Source: Candidatus Uhrbacteria bacterium (GTDB lineage Bacteria > Patescibacteriota > Patescibacteriia > UBA9934 > GWF2-40-263). From it: a stretch of 64,000 nt of DNA. The DNA is taken from assembly GCA_016188475.1 (NCBI GenBank), contig JACPHT010000007.1, positions 16,467 through 80,466 on the forward strand, read 5' to 3'. A model generated the notes under the pieces. It saw only the letters and a list, made by a program, of their open reading frames with translations, did not search any database and was not told the DNA's origin. How positions within the stretch are numbered: the stretch's first letter is position 1; every line of letters begins with the position of its first letter. Positions 19,173 through 29,219 of this stretch are shown here, piece after piece. Made by a program: the position numbers and the translations under genes.

Positions 19173-19267
19173 GTCATTGCGAGGAGGCCACTAGGCCGAC
19201 GAAGCAATCTCTGTATTTTCTCTAAAATTGCAGATTGCTTCGCTCACTACTGTCGCTCGCAATGACG
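19173..19267. repeat. Inverted pair of CGTC-type REP-like units
   Basis: GTCATTGCGAG..CGAAGCAATCT and GATTGCTTCG..CTCGCAATGAC; same family at 46041 and 59963. Confidence 0.85.
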
Positions 19268-19273
19268 AATTTT

Positions 19274-19852
19274 TCAAAACCCCATCGTTAAGTTAATCTT
19301 TGGCGCTAATTCCACTTTTTTCTCAAAATTTACAGGAATTGCTCGTCGACCGTGCAAACGATCTTCATACGCAAGCGCTTTATACTTAAGCCCGTATTCG
19401 TAAACCGCTTTTGTGACTTTTACGTCTTGCAAACAATAATCCTTAATTTTCTGAATCTCCCCTTGCTTCCACCATTCAACCGCCTGAAGACCATGACCCG
19501 ATTTGCGCACACCAACTGTCGCGGCCGCAACATCATCAAGTTTTAGTCGAAATCCAAGAACATTGTGAATTTCCTCAAGAATATCAAGACTTGAAAAAGT
19601 AAGAAAATCTCCGCTGTAATAATTATTCATGACTGGATAATCAAAACTTTTTGTGTTGTATCCGATAATTCTGTCAGCCTGTTCCAATTGTTTCCAAAGC
19701 ATAGGTAGTTCTGGTTCTTCAAACGCTTCGTACGTGTCGGTTTCATAAAAATAACAACCAATAACACTGATGAGCAGTTTGTCATGGTTATATCCGCCAA
19801 CATCTTCAAATGTGTTTTGTGTTTCAATATCGAGAACGATTTCTTTGGACAT
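19274..19852 (-). CDS. RNase H-like/DEDD 3'-5' exonuclease-domain protein
   Basis: VLDIET, IGYNTKSFD, LKLDDVA, YCLQDV. Confidence 0.8.
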   Translation of the reverse strand: MSKEIVLDIETQNTFEDVGGYNHDKLLISVIGCYFYETDTYEAFEEPELPMLWKQLEQADRIIGYNTKSFDYPVMNNYYSGDFLTFSSLDILEEIHNVLGFRLKLDDVAAATVGVRKSGHGLQAVEWWKQGEIQKIKDYCLQDVKVTKAVYEYGLKYKALAYEDRLHGRRAIPVNFEKKVELAPKINLTMGF

Positions 19853-19919
19853 AAAAGAAAGGTCTGAAAGGTCGGAGAGGACAGAAAGGTCTGAAAGGAG
19901 GGAAAGGTCTGAAAAGTAA

Positions 19920-21338
19920 TTAGGATTCGAGTTTTGAAGAAGAGGCGGCGGCGGTTACAGATTCTGAATACGACGGAAACGCATGGATCATGCTAGCAAG
20001 TTTATCAATGGTTGTGTTTAAATAAATTGCCAAAGCAATTTCGTGAACAATTTCCCCTGCGCGTTCACCGATTATATGCCCACCAAAAATTTTTCGCGTT
20101 TTAGGATGAGCAATTATTTTTATAAGGCCTTCAGAACCGTATTCTGTCGCAGTTCGTCCAAGCGCGGAAAACGGATAACGACCAACCAAAACTTTTCCAA
20201 ACGCATCTTTTGCTTCTTTTTGTGTCATGCCGACCGAGGCAACTTCAGTTGATAAAAACGTTACTCGAGGCACAACGCGTTCGTCAATTTTCATTCGCGA
20301 CGCGCGTTTCTTTTTCGCCAAAAGCGCGGCATTGTGTCCGGCAATATATCCTTCATGATGTGATGTATGAGTAAATTGCATTCCGCCACACACATCGCCT
20401 GCGGCGAAAATATACGGAACTGAAGTTCGTTGTTCATTTGTCGTTATAATGGTTCCACGAGTTCCAAGCCGCATATCTAGCTTTTCCAAACCAAGATCAG
20501 AAGTATTCGCTCGATTTCCTGCCGCTAAAACAACTTGCTCGACAGCGTGCATTGTTTTGTTACCTGAAACGTCAACATGAACTCCGTAAACGCCCCCTCC
20601 TCCGTTTATAACCTCAACCACATTCGCGTTTGTTATTACTTCGACTCCAAGCGATTCAAGCGCTTTACGAGCCAATCCGGCAATTTCAGCATCTTCCCGA
20701 TGTAAAACCTGCGGCGCGCTTTGAATCAAAACAACGCGAGTTCCAAATGATGAGAAAAAAGTTGCTAGTTCACATCCAACCGGACCTCCGCCGATAATTC
20801 CAAGTGACTTTGGCTGACGTTTAAGACTAAGCGCGTCTTTCCAAATTAAATACTTCAATGTTTCTATTCCAGAAATTGAAGGCACAAACTCAACTGAACC
20901 AGTTGCGATCACGAACGTTTTACCGATTAGATTTTCTCCTTTAACTTCGATCGTGTGCTCGTCAAGAAATCTTGCTTTCCCGATTTTTACGGAAATACCG
21001 AGTGAACGAAATATCTTTTCATATCTAGCTCCAAAAGTTCCTCCTCCAGTTATAGACTTAACAACATTCTCACGATATTTCATTACCAAATCGTAATTGT
21101 AAGAAACCGAACCGACACTCACGCCATATTCTCTCGCGCGATTTGCCAAACGATAAACAGACGCGGTTTTGAGAAGCGCCTTCGACGGGACACAAGCATA
21201 ATTTGGACAATCTCCTCCAAGTCTGTCGTTTTCAATAACACAAACACTTGCCCCAACTTTACGCGCGGCTTCAGCTGCTGAAAAGCCAGCGGATCCTGAA
21301 CCGATCACTATTACATCGTACGTTGGTGTTTTGGGCAT
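19920..21338 (-). CDS. FAD/NAD(P) disulfide oxidoreductase (dihydrolipoamide dehydrogenase/mercuric reductase family)
   Basis: GSGSAG, GGDCPNYACVPSK, GGGPVG, AAGD, HAFPSYSE; no C-terminal CC of MerA. Confidence 0.88.
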   Translation of the reverse strand: MPKTPTYDVIVIGSGSAGFSAAEAARKVGASVCVIENDRLGGDCPNYACVPSKALLKTASVYRLANRAREYGVSVGSVSYNYDLVMKYRENVVKSITGGGTFGARYEKIFRSLGISVKIGKARFLDEHTIEVKGENLIGKTFVIATGSVEFVPSISGIETLKYLIWKDALSLKRQPKSLGIIGGGPVGCELATFFSSFGTRVVLIQSAPQVLHREDAEIAGLARKALESLGVEVITNANVVEVINGGGGVYGVHVDVSGNKTMHAVEQVVLAAGNRANTSDLGLEKLDMRLGTRGTIITTNEQRTSVPYIFAAGDVCGGMQFTHTSHHEGYIAGHNAALLAKKKRASRMKIDERVVPRVTFLSTEVASVGMTQKEAKDAFGKVLVGRYPFSALGRTATEYGSEGLIKIIAHPKTRKIFGGHIIGERAGEIVHEIALAIYLNTTIDKLASMIHAFPSYSESVTAAASSSKLES

Positions 21339-21417
21339 AGGATCAAAAAAGATAGCAGGTGGTAGGTAGTAAGTAGTAAGTATATTCATAAGAAAAAACG
21401 AATATACCTAATACCTG

Positions 21418-22419
21418 CTACTTACTACCCAATACTTCTTCTGCAACATTCCACAACCGATCGTCGCCATTTTGTTTCAACAAATACCACCATTCAGCTC
21501 CCCACAAATATACTTCTGACAATTTTGCTGATTCGACAAATTCCAAATTATTTCTGAACATATCCTCGTCAAAAGCGTTGTACCATTGTGAAAGTGATCG
21601 AGATTTAATCGGTTCTGGAAACCAGGGTTCAGCTTGAAGTTCAGTCACAATCACTCTGTTAACAAATCTTTGAGCCAACTGAGCGCGAATATAATAATAC
21701 TCCGGTGTGAGCGGATACATAAAATATCCAAACAGATTATTCCATGTTAATCGATACATTGAAATTCCCAAAATGTCTGCGGCTCGTCCTTCGTTTTCCC
21801 AAGACGCAAGTTCCCCGCTGACTGTTATTTGAATTGGCCGAGTAGGGTCAAGCGATCGAACAAGATCAACTCTTTCTTGAAATTGCGGAAGTGTGATTTG
21901 AGAACATTGCCCAAACGGAAAAAACGGTTCATTTTCAACTTGCCAGCGTTCAATAGCTGAAGAATCAATATACCGATTTACAACTGCTTCAATCATCTTA
22001 AGCGCAAGCGATTGTTGTTTATCCTTATCAAACGTCTCTGCCCAATCTGGAATATAACATTCTGGCCAGCGAGGAACTTTTGTACCAACCACAAGCGTTA
22101 ATTTTACGTTATGATCTTCTGAATACGAAATAAGACTGTCTAATTCTTCCCAATCAAATTGATTCTGTGCTTTTTCAATCTCTGACCAATAAACAGGCAA
22201 GCGAACAACTCGAACGCCCAACTCTTCAATTAAAGCGCCGTATGTTTCTTGCACATCCAAGCCAAGCTGTTTTGTGTATACTGATGAAAATGTAATGCCA
22301 AAACGCGTAGGAGTCCGATCCAACTTAGTTTTGAGCTTTTGATTCATCAAAAAAAATAAAGAAAGACCTCCGACAAGAAGAATGAACAAAATTAAAATAA
22401 TTGAGAAACGGGCGCGCAT
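21418..22419 (-). CDS. Membrane-anchored clan GH-A glycoside hydrolase-like protein
   Basis: N-terminal TM, VRLPVYW, WQVENEP, VTELQAEPW. Confidence 0.7.
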   Translation of the reverse strand: MRARFSIILILFILLVGGLSLFFLMNQKLKTKLDRTPTRFGITFSSVYTKQLGLDVQETYGALIEELGVRVVRLPVYWSEIEKAQNQFDWEELDSLISYSEDHNVKLTLVVGTKVPRWPECYIPDWAETFDKDKQQSLALKMIEAVVNRYIDSSAIERWQVENEPFFPFGQCSQITLPQFQERVDLVRSLDPTRPIQITVSGELASWENEGRAADILGISMYRLTWNNLFGYFMYPLTPEYYYIRAQLAQRFVNRVIVTELQAEPWFPEPIKSRSLSQWYNAFDEDMFRNNLEFVESAKLSEVYLWGAEWWYLLKQNGDDRLWNVAEEVLGSK

Positions 22420-22438
22420 TGGTTTTGGGTTTTAGGTT

Positions 22439-24022
22439 TTATGAAATTTCCTCTCGCTTTTCACGTAAAAATGCCAACCAACTTTCAATCAGATCAATCG
22501 TTGCCTTAAACGGCGCTTCAATAATAAAATCAAAAAAGAAAAGAAAGATATTCACACGCGGCGCTCGCATTGCGATCCAACGTCCAACTCGAACGATTGG
22601 CAAAAACAACATATCGCCAATGATTCCAAAAAATCCTCCTGAACTTTCAACAACAAGATATTCATTGCGTGTATTGCGAATACGAAGTCCAAAATACGCA
22701 ACCAATGACAAGAAAAACAAGAAAAAAAGGATTGATAAACCGTTAAAGCCGAAAGTTCGCAATCCCCATGCAATAAGCGTAACTACGCCAATGAAAACCA
22801 GAAGATAAACAAAATGGAAAATGGCCCAAAGCGCGCCACCTCCCCACGCTCGTTTTCGTAGCACGAAAGTCGTATCTTCTCCAAGCTCCAAAAACGCATG
22901 GGTTTCTTCAAGAATTTTCGCATTATTTTTCTTTTTTGGAATTCGAACTGACAGCCCGACGAAGGCGAGCAACAATGGCGGAAATAAGATGTTAACCGCT
23001 AATGGCAAATAATCTGTTGTATGCAAAACAAAAAGCTCGTAAGGATATTCAACGAGTATTGCAAGAATTGATTTGGTAAGAAGAAGGAAAAAAGCGGCTC
23101 GAATAACAGTGCGGGAAAGCCGCGCACGAAAAGCGCTGTATCGCTCTTTAACCGCTGAAGAGATGGCTGAATCAATCGTGCTCACGTCTTGATCTGCGAC
23201 TGCATCAGAAAAAGCTTGAGCATTATCTTTTGCAATATCTCCAATCAAATGAAAAACAATGGAATGACGACGCACAAACCTATAAACAACATCGGCTGAT
23301 TTTTGATGAATCTGCTCTTCAATAGAAGCGATAACTTTTTTCAAATTCGAAGCGATTTCTTGAACAACAGGATCGCTTGATTGCGCCGTACGCCAAGCTG
23401 GATAGTATAACGTTAAAATTCGATATCGAAGCGTCGCGCGATTCGATTTCAAAACACTTCTGTGAACAGCAACGTACAACTGTAAATCGCGATCTTTTTC
23501 TTCAACCGCATTTGTTTCCCATTGAACACGTGCTTTAAGAGCTTGATACGCGTAACTCGCGAGCGACTCATCAACACATGGCGGTGCGACAATATATTCA
23601 ATTTCTGTTGAAAGAACGTCCAAGAGCCACTGATAACGAAATTGACCTTCACGCGTTTCTTCCTCAAGCGTTCCAAACATTTTTTTGTATTTTTCGAGAA
23701 CATTCGCGACCTCAATGATTTTTACACTTGGAACTCTTTTATTTGGAAGATATTTTGCCCAAACAAGTTCTTTCAAGAGGTGAGAAGAAAGCTTTTGTGA
23801 GTCAGTTTCACCAAGACGCCGTTTCAAAACTCGTCGAATTGCATTTCGTCGAAGAAGATGTTCTTCGTCATATTCAAGAGTATTGCGAACTGTTTCGTAC
23901 GCAGAAGCGGCAACCGAAACTGTTTCAGAGACTTTAATGACATCTTCAACGCGCGGTTCTTCTTGCGCCTCCAGATTCATTTGAAGAATTGTCGTAACAA
24001 GATGTTGTAGAGATTTGTCCAT
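22439..24022 (-). CDS. Hypothetical membrane protein
   Basis: 527 aa; soluble N-terminal half, several C-terminal TM segments. Confidence 0.7.
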   Translation of the reverse strand: MDKSLQHLVTTILQMNLEAQEEPRVEDVIKVSETVSVAASAYETVRNTLEYDEEHLLRRNAIRRVLKRRLGETDSQKLSSHLLKELVWAKYLPNKRVPSVKIIEVANVLEKYKKMFGTLEEETREGQFRYQWLLDVLSTEIEYIVAPPCVDESLASYAYQALKARVQWETNAVEEKDRDLQLYVAVHRSVLKSNRATLRYRILTLYYPAWRTAQSSDPVVQEIASNLKKVIASIEEQIHQKSADVVYRFVRRHSIVFHLIGDIAKDNAQAFSDAVADQDVSTIDSAISSAVKERYSAFRARLSRTVIRAAFFLLLTKSILAILVEYPYELFVLHTTDYLPLAVNILFPPLLLAFVGLSVRIPKKKNNAKILEETHAFLELGEDTTFVLRKRAWGGGALWAIFHFVYLLVFIGVVTLIAWGLRTFGFNGLSILFFLFFLSLVAYFGLRIRNTRNEYLVVESSGGFFGIIGDMLFLPIVRVGRWIAMRAPRVNIFLFFFDFIIEAPFKATIDLIESWLAFLREKREEIS

Positions 24023-24024
24023 AT

Positions 24025-25350
24025 TTACACAATAAGAGGTAACGGATGTAATTCACTCTTTCGTCCTAAAACAATATCCTCAATTCTATACGTTCCGTGT
24101 GTTGGAGCTTCAATATACCCGTTCCACGCCATTCTTGCCACACCACCAGAAGAAATCCAATCAAATAGCCACTCGTCAGCATATTTTGGATCATTTTGCG
24201 CAACACCACCTCCAACATAATCGAGCCAAACTCGATTAAATTCTTCCTGCGATCCAATCGGCGGAGCCATAATTATTGCAATGCCAAGACCACAATAAAA
24301 AGACAGCTCACTTGGTTTTGTCCAAAGAATGTCAGTCGTTTTTAATAATTCTGTGAAACCTAAAAAGTAAGCGGATCGCGATTCAAACTCCGGAACATTT
24401 ACCCAAGTTCCAAGCGACTTTTTAAGTCCAGCTTCAGAAACAGCTTGGCGATAAAAACGCGCCGCATCTTTTCTAACTCCAGCAACAAGATTAAGCCTGA
24501 TTTTTTGTTGGGCAATTTTTGTTCTAAGACTCTTTAAAATTTGAACACCAAGTTGTCGCTGTGCTCCTGCTCCACCAACACTGTAAGTTAGCGTGAGCGG
24601 ATGCTGTTGTTCTTTTGTGCAATGTATTGTCTCAAGCTCCGCTTTTATCGATCTTGTGTAACGTTCTCTAAAAATTCCTTGAGGATCAAGGTTTAAAATC
24701 CTTGATCTTATTTGTTCTTTGAGCGCAACAGCCTTAGGACCACCGATCAATTCTTTTGGAAGCGGGAAACCCGTTAAAAAAATGTTTTCCTCTTTCACAC
24801 CATATAGTTTCAGACGTTCGACAACGCGACCATTGCTTGCAAAATACTTTATTCGACTGCGTTGTGGATCAAGCGGAGCCCATGTTCTTGAAATATCAGC
24901 GTCAGTTGTCACACACCAGATATCCCCTGGATAGTCATAATAATCAGCCGCAAAAGCCGGTATAAAAAAAGTCGTTATAAGAGGTTTTGGATTTTTTGAA
25001 AGTTCCTCAATCAAATGTTTGCCAAGACCATTTCGAATAGAAGTATAAATTTGTTTAAGTTGAAGATTCGGTTTTGAAAGATCGCGACGCGGATAAAATC
25101 TCGGAATTTCCTGCCATTTGTCAAGCGCTTCAAACAAAAAATTTCCAACAACAGGTATTGGTTTCATCCGTGAGATCGTTTCATAAAGCTTGCGACTTTT
25201 AATCCACAATTTTCTGTCATTATTGGGAATACCTTTGTAATCATTGGCAGAAATAACTTCACCGTTTGAGAGATCGGTAAGCGCATAAGCCGCACGCGAA
25301 TGTCCGTACCCCATATTCACGTCAACAATCCACGCAGAATTGTTAGACAT
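24025..25350 (-). CDS. GT-B-fold glycosyltransferase-like protein
   Basis: MGYGHSRAA, VTTDAD, TGFP, WTKPSE, PIGSQE resemble MGDG synthase/GT28-type motifs. Confidence 0.6.
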   Translation of the reverse strand: MSNNSAWIVDVNMGYGHSRAAYALTDLSNGEVISANDYKGIPNNDRKLWIKSRKLYETISRMKPIPVVGNFLFEALDKWQEIPRFYPRRDLSKPNLQLKQIYTSIRNGLGKHLIEELSKNPKPLITTFFIPAFAADYYDYPGDIWCVTTDADISRTWAPLDPQRSRIKYFASNGRVVERLKLYGVKEENIFLTGFPLPKELIGGPKAVALKEQIRSRILNLDPQGIFRERYTRSIKAELETIHCTKEQQHPLTLTYSVGGAGAQRQLGVQILKSLRTKIAQQKIRLNLVAGVRKDAARFYRQAVSEAGLKKSLGTWVNVPEFESRSAYFLGFTELLKTTDILWTKPSELSFYCGLGIAIIMAPPIGSQEEFNRVWLDYVGGGVAQNDPKYADEWLFDWISSGGVARMAWNGYIEAPTHGTYRIEDIVLGRKSELHPLPLIV

Positions 25351-25353
25351 ATC

Positions 25354-26064
25354 TTAAAAAAATGATCTTTCTTCAGATTTAGAAATTATCTCAAACGCTT
25401 CATCGGCCGTGTCAACGATAGAAAATAACTTAAGATCTTTTGCGGCAATTGTTTTATGTTTGTTGAGAAGAGTTTTCTCCATCCATTTTACAAGTTCTTC
25501 CCAGTATTCTTTTCCAACACATACAACAGGCGTTGTCTGCATTTTACCAGTTTGAATGAGTGTGATGATTTCAAAAAATTCATCGAGTGTCCCGTATCCG
25601 CCTGGAAAAAATACATAGGCTTGCGCTGATGCCGCCAAAATCACTCGACGAATGAAAAAATAATGAAATCCGCGACCGCGAGTGAGATACGCATTTGCGC
25701 GCTGTTCATTGGGCAACTGAATGTTGAGCCCAAGAGACGTTCCGCCGGCATTGTAAGCGCCTTTATTCCCTGCTTCCATAATTCCAGGCCCACCTCCAGT
25801 TATTACGGTGAACCCATATTTCGCTAGCAAGCGCCCAAGTTTTTCAGCTTCTTTATACCATTGGTCTCCTTGTTTGGAACGCGCTGATCCAAAGAAAGTA
25901 ACCTCGCGCGAAGATTCGGATAGAAATTGAAATCCCTCAACAAACTCTGCCATGATTCGAAATATGCGCCAAGTGATTTCATTCATTCGAGTTGGAGCTT
26001 TAACATGCTCTTTCTCGTCTGGAGCAAGCGGTAAACGGCAAAAATTGTTTGGTTGGTTGTCCAT
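25354..26064 (-). CDS. LOG family protein
   Basis: VTFFGSAR, TGGGPGIMEAGN, PGGYGTLDE; start moved to ATG 26064. Confidence 0.9.
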   Translation of the reverse strand: MDNQPNNFCRLPLAPDEKEHVKAPTRMNEITWRIFRIMAEFVEGFQFLSESSREVTFFGSARSKQGDQWYKEAEKLGRLLAKYGFTVITGGGPGIMEAGNKGAYNAGGTSLGLNIQLPNEQRANAYLTRGRGFHYFFIRRVILAASAQAYVFFPGGYGTLDEFFEIITLIQTGKMQTTPVVCVGKEYWEELVKWMEKTLLNKHKTIAAKDLKLFSIVDTADEAFEIISKSEERSFF

Positions 26065-26330
26065 AAATATAGAGGTTGAAAGTAGGAAGTTAGAGGTTGG
26101 AGGTATTTTAACACAAACTATAATTCCGAGCGAAAATACTGCGGTAGTGCAGTAGTGAGATCGGTAGTGGAGCAACAGAATTTCGGCATCTAACGAGTTC
26201 CTGCTTCCCAACTGCTTTCCACTTGACTGTTTTACGGCTTCAGGTAAACTATCACCATAAATTTACGCGAACCACGACTAAAGCCGTGGACTATCAAAAC
26301 CGAACACCCAAAACCTAAAACCTTCCACAT

Positions 26331-26576
26331 ATGTCCAAGTCCTGTCTTATCACTGGCAAAAAAACCACAGTTGGGATGCATGTTTCGCACTCGAAACGAA
26401 GAGTGAAGCGCAAACTGTTTGCTAATTTGCAAACACGCAGACTACTGAATCCTGCAACTGGACGAATGGTAATGGTCACAATTTCAAACCGCGGTCTTCG
26501 CACACTTAAAAAGTGGGATCGCGAAGGAAAAAAATACGATCTCGTTGCTTTGAAAAAAGCAGAACATGTAGCATAA
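26331..26576 (+). CDS. rpmB: 50S ribosomal protein L28
   Basis: MSKSCLITGK..VSHSKRRVKR..NLQ..GLRTL. Confidence 0.93.
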   Translation: MSKSCLITGKKTTVGMHVSHSKRRVKRKLFANLQTRRLLNPATGRMVMVTISNRGLRTLKKWDREGKKYDLVALKKAEHVA

Positions 26577-26698
26577 ATAAAACCGGTTATCCCTTGATCG
26601 AAGGCAAAATTATAGCCTTCGACAGGCTCAGGCGATAATTTTGCCGAAGTCGAATGGTATAACCGTTTTTTTGATTAAACGAAAAAGCAACTCAGTGT

Positions 26699-27796
26699 TC
26701 AGGATGGCAGTATTATTTCGATTTTTAAAATCAGATCTCTCAAACCTGTACCTTTTTTAGCTGAAATACAAATGGCCTTTCGATCACCCAAACGACTAAT
26801 GATGTCATTTTTCGTTGAAGAAGAGACCAAGTCAGTTTTATTGAGCACTAAAATTCGTGGTTTTTGATCCACTTCAAGTCGTTTCAAAATATCATCAACA
26901 CATCCAAGTTGTTGAAAAAAATGTTTATCGCTCGCGTCAGCGATATGCAAAAGCAAATCAGCGTCAACTGCTTCAGAAAGTGTTGAAGCAAAAGCGCTTA
27001 AAAGTTCTGGCGGAAGTTGTTTTATAAAACCGATCGTGTCAGAAACAAGCGCTACTTCTGCTTGTTTTGGTAAAAAAAGTTGACCGACACGTGTGTCAAG
27101 TGTTGCAAAAAGTTCATTGGCCGCGTATTCACGCCTACCAGTGAGAGCATTCAAGAGCGTTGTTTTTCCAGCATTTGTATATCCGACAATAGCGACTGTT
27201 TTAAGATTATTTCGTTTCCGTGACGCTCTCTGTAAATCACGACCTTTTTGATATGTTTCTAACTTATCTTTGATGCGACGTTCTTTTTCTTTCAAGTGTC
27301 TCTTCATGCGCTCAATGTTTGTTTCTCCAATTCCAATAGTTCCGATTCCTCCAGCTTGTCGTGATAACTCCATTCCCATTCCAAAAATCCGCGGACCCAT
27401 GTGACGAATGCTCGCGAGTTCGATTTCCAAACGCGCTTCTGTTGTTTTCGCATGTTTGGCAAAAATTTTCAAAATCAAATCGATTCGATCCCAAACTTGA
27501 ATTTTGTATTTTCGTAATTGTTCTGAAAGTTCAAAAGTTTGACGTGGTTTAAGTTGCGCGTTGATAATCAAAAATGATGCTCCAAGTTTTTTCCCTTCTT
27601 CACCGAGCTCAAGCACTTTTCCGATTCCAATATATGTTTTTGGATGCGGCGCAAATCGTTTCTGCCATTTTTTAACAATCACAATTCCCCCGTACGTATG
27701 TACAAGCTCTTCAAGTTCTTCCATCCGATCCATAGCATGCTCTCCAAGCATTTTCGGATGAATGAGATCAATTAGAATCGCTTTTTGTTGAGACAC
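26699..27796 (-). CDS. hflX: GTPase HflX
   Basis: ILKIFAKHA, GYTNAGKTT, LFATLD, DTIGFI, NKTD; likely start GTG 27796 (ATG 27820 lies in a repeat). Confidence 0.93.
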   Translation of the reverse strand: MSQQKAILIDLIHPKMLGEHAMDRMEELEELVHTYGGIVIVKKWQKRFAPHPKTYIGIGKVLELGEEGKKLGASFLIINAQLKPRQTFELSEQLRKYKIQVWDRIDLILKIFAKHAKTTEARLEIELASIRHMGPRIFGMGMELSRQAGGIGTIGIGETNIERMKRHLKEKERRIKDKLETYQKGRDLQRASRKRNNLKTVAIVGYTNAGKTTLLNALTGRREYAANELFATLDTRVGQLFLPKQAEVALVSDTIGFIKQLPPELLSAFASTLSEAVDADLLLHIADASDKHFFQQLGCVDDILKRLEVDQKPRILVLNKTDLVSSSTKNDIISRLGDRKAICISAKKGTGLRDLILKIEIILPS

Positions 27797-27805
27797 ATTA
27801 ACTAA

Positions 27806-27875
27806 GCCGTGTTGTACCATGTCTCCTGGTCATCGGACTGTCGCCGCTGTTCCCTACGACATGTTAAAACCCGGC
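27806..27875 (-). repeat. Covarying hairpin family, copy A
   Basis: CATGTC-GTA-GGG-AAC-AGCGG-CGACAGT-CCGAT-GA-CCA-GGA-GACATG with imperfect outer stem. Confidence 0.8.
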
Positions 27876-27950
27876 CCAATCAGAATCATTTCAATCATAC
27901 CAAAAACCGCCCCTTCGACTAGTTCAGGGCGGTTTGGTTTTTCAAAAAAT

Positions 27951-28232
27951 TTATAGCACTGCGTCTTTTGCTTGCTTTGCAACACGGAATTTCACTACCG
28001 TCTTTGCTGGGATCGAAATGCTTGCACCTGTCATTGGGTTTCGACCTGTGCGAGCGGCTCGCTGTTTCTTAACGAGCTTTCCAAGTCCTGGGAGGTTGAA
28101 TTCCCCGCTTGATTTGACCTCTTTATAGGCCATTTCAACGAACTTATCCCATGCATCGGAAGCCTCTTTTTTGGAAGCTCCCATCATCTCGGCCAATGAA
28201 TTAACAAATTGGCTCTTGGTCATTTTTGCCAT
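27951..28232 (-). CDS. hup: HU family DNA-binding protein
   Basis: MTKSQFV, LPGLGKL, RAARTGRNPMTG, VKFRVAK. Confidence 0.93.
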   Translation of the reverse strand: MAKMTKSQFVNSLAEMMGASKKEASDAWDKFVEMAYKEVKSSGEFNLPGLGKLVKKQRAARTGRNPMTGASISIPAKTVVKFRVAKQAKDAVL

Positions 28233-28262
28233 AAGTGTAAAAAACTTAAGTTTTACTAGAGC

Positions 28263-28291
28263 ATTTTAACAGGGATAGATAAAAAAGGCAA
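28263..28291 (-). promoter_or_regulatory. Sigma70 promoter of the HU gene
   Basis: TTGCCT-N17-TAAAAT with TGn extension. Confidence 0.6.
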
Positions 28292-28310
28292 GGGAATCAA
28301 AGAAAAAACG

Positions 28311-28691
28311 TCAATCTTTATGCACAGAGAACCATTCGCCTGCTTTTTGTATGTCATCCTTGATAATCTTTGCCATCTCTTCTTCTCCTGGAAATGGCAC
28401 TAAATCCCTTATTTTATTGCACAAAACAACGTTCAGATGTTTCCCGATAAGGTCCACATCTTTCTGATCAAGCAGATGAACCTCTATCTTTAGACGATAT
28501 CCGGTCCGTCCGTCATTTATGCAGATTAGCGATGGATAGAGTATTCCTTCAAGTTCAGTATTCCCAACATAAACCCCAAGAGCAGGGATCACCGCACCTT
28601 GTTCCACAGCTAAATTAGCTGTTGGACAGCCCAAACGTGTGGCCATTCCCTCCCCTTTTTCTACACGTCCGCAAAAACACAATTCACGCAT
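28311..28691 (-). CDS. Stand-alone riboflavin kinase domain
   Basis: GRVEKGEG..LGCPTANL, GVY, IEVHLLD, KIRD; no FAD synthetase domain. Confidence 0.85.
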   Translation of the reverse strand: MRELCFCGRVEKGEGMATRLGCPTANLAVEQGAVIPALGVYVGNTELEGILYPSLICINDGRTGYRLKIEVHLLDQKDVDLIGKHLNVVLCNKIRDLVPFPGEEEMAKIIKDDIQKAGEWFSVHKD

Positions 28692-28736
28692 ACTAATTTA
28701 ATCTATAATCACAAACAAACTTTGGCAAGTCTAATT

Positions 28737-29219
28737 TCATTTTGAAAAATTTTCCTTTATAAAACTCAACGCGCGTTTGAGAATAGGAATCATGTCAATA
28801 TAACTCGATTGTTTCATAACTGAATTGATTGGTACCCACTTTGCGTCAAGCGCGTGTTCTTTAGGATCAGGATGCAAATTCGCATTGCCTGGTGTTTCGA
28901 AAAGAAAAAAGTGAATATCCTTGTGAATCAACTTTCCTTTTTTGCTGAATTGATCGCGAAACCAAATATCAATCTGTCCAAGCTCCTCAAGCAATCGAAT
29001 TTGTTCAAGCCCAAGTTCTTCAAGTGTCTCGCGCGCCGCGGCTTCTTCAAGTTCTTCACCGTTTTCAACATGTCCTTTTGGAAATGTCCATTTGCCGTAC
29101 GAGTCTTTCATCATCGCAATCAAAAGTCGATTTTTTGAACGTTTCAAAACAATTCCACCTGCTGATTCTTCTTGTTCAACTGGTTCACGGCGTTTTATTT
29201 TCTGTTTTTTGTTCAACAT
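28737..29219 (-). CDS. NUDIX hydrolase
   Basis: SAGGIV, FPKGHVENGEELEEAAARETLEELG Nudix box; start uncertain. Confidence 0.88.
   Translation of the reverse strand: MLNKKQKIKRREPVEQEESAGGIVLKRSKNRLLIAMMKDSYGKWTFPKGHVENGEELEEAAARETLEELGLEQIRLLEELGQIDIWFRDQFSKKGKLIHKDIHFFLFETPGNANLHPDPKEHALDAKWVPINSVMKQSSYIDMIPILKRALSFIKENFSK

Noticed and set aside
19920-21338. merA mercury resistance gene
   Set aside because: No C-terminal Cys-Cys pair, no metal-binding N-domain and no mer operon.
27806-27875. Hairpin family as intrinsic terminators or a known riboswitch
   Set aside because: No consistent U-tract, loops are conserved, one copy is antisense to its neighbours, adjacent genes are unrelated, and I recognise no aptamer consensus (Rfam search not run).
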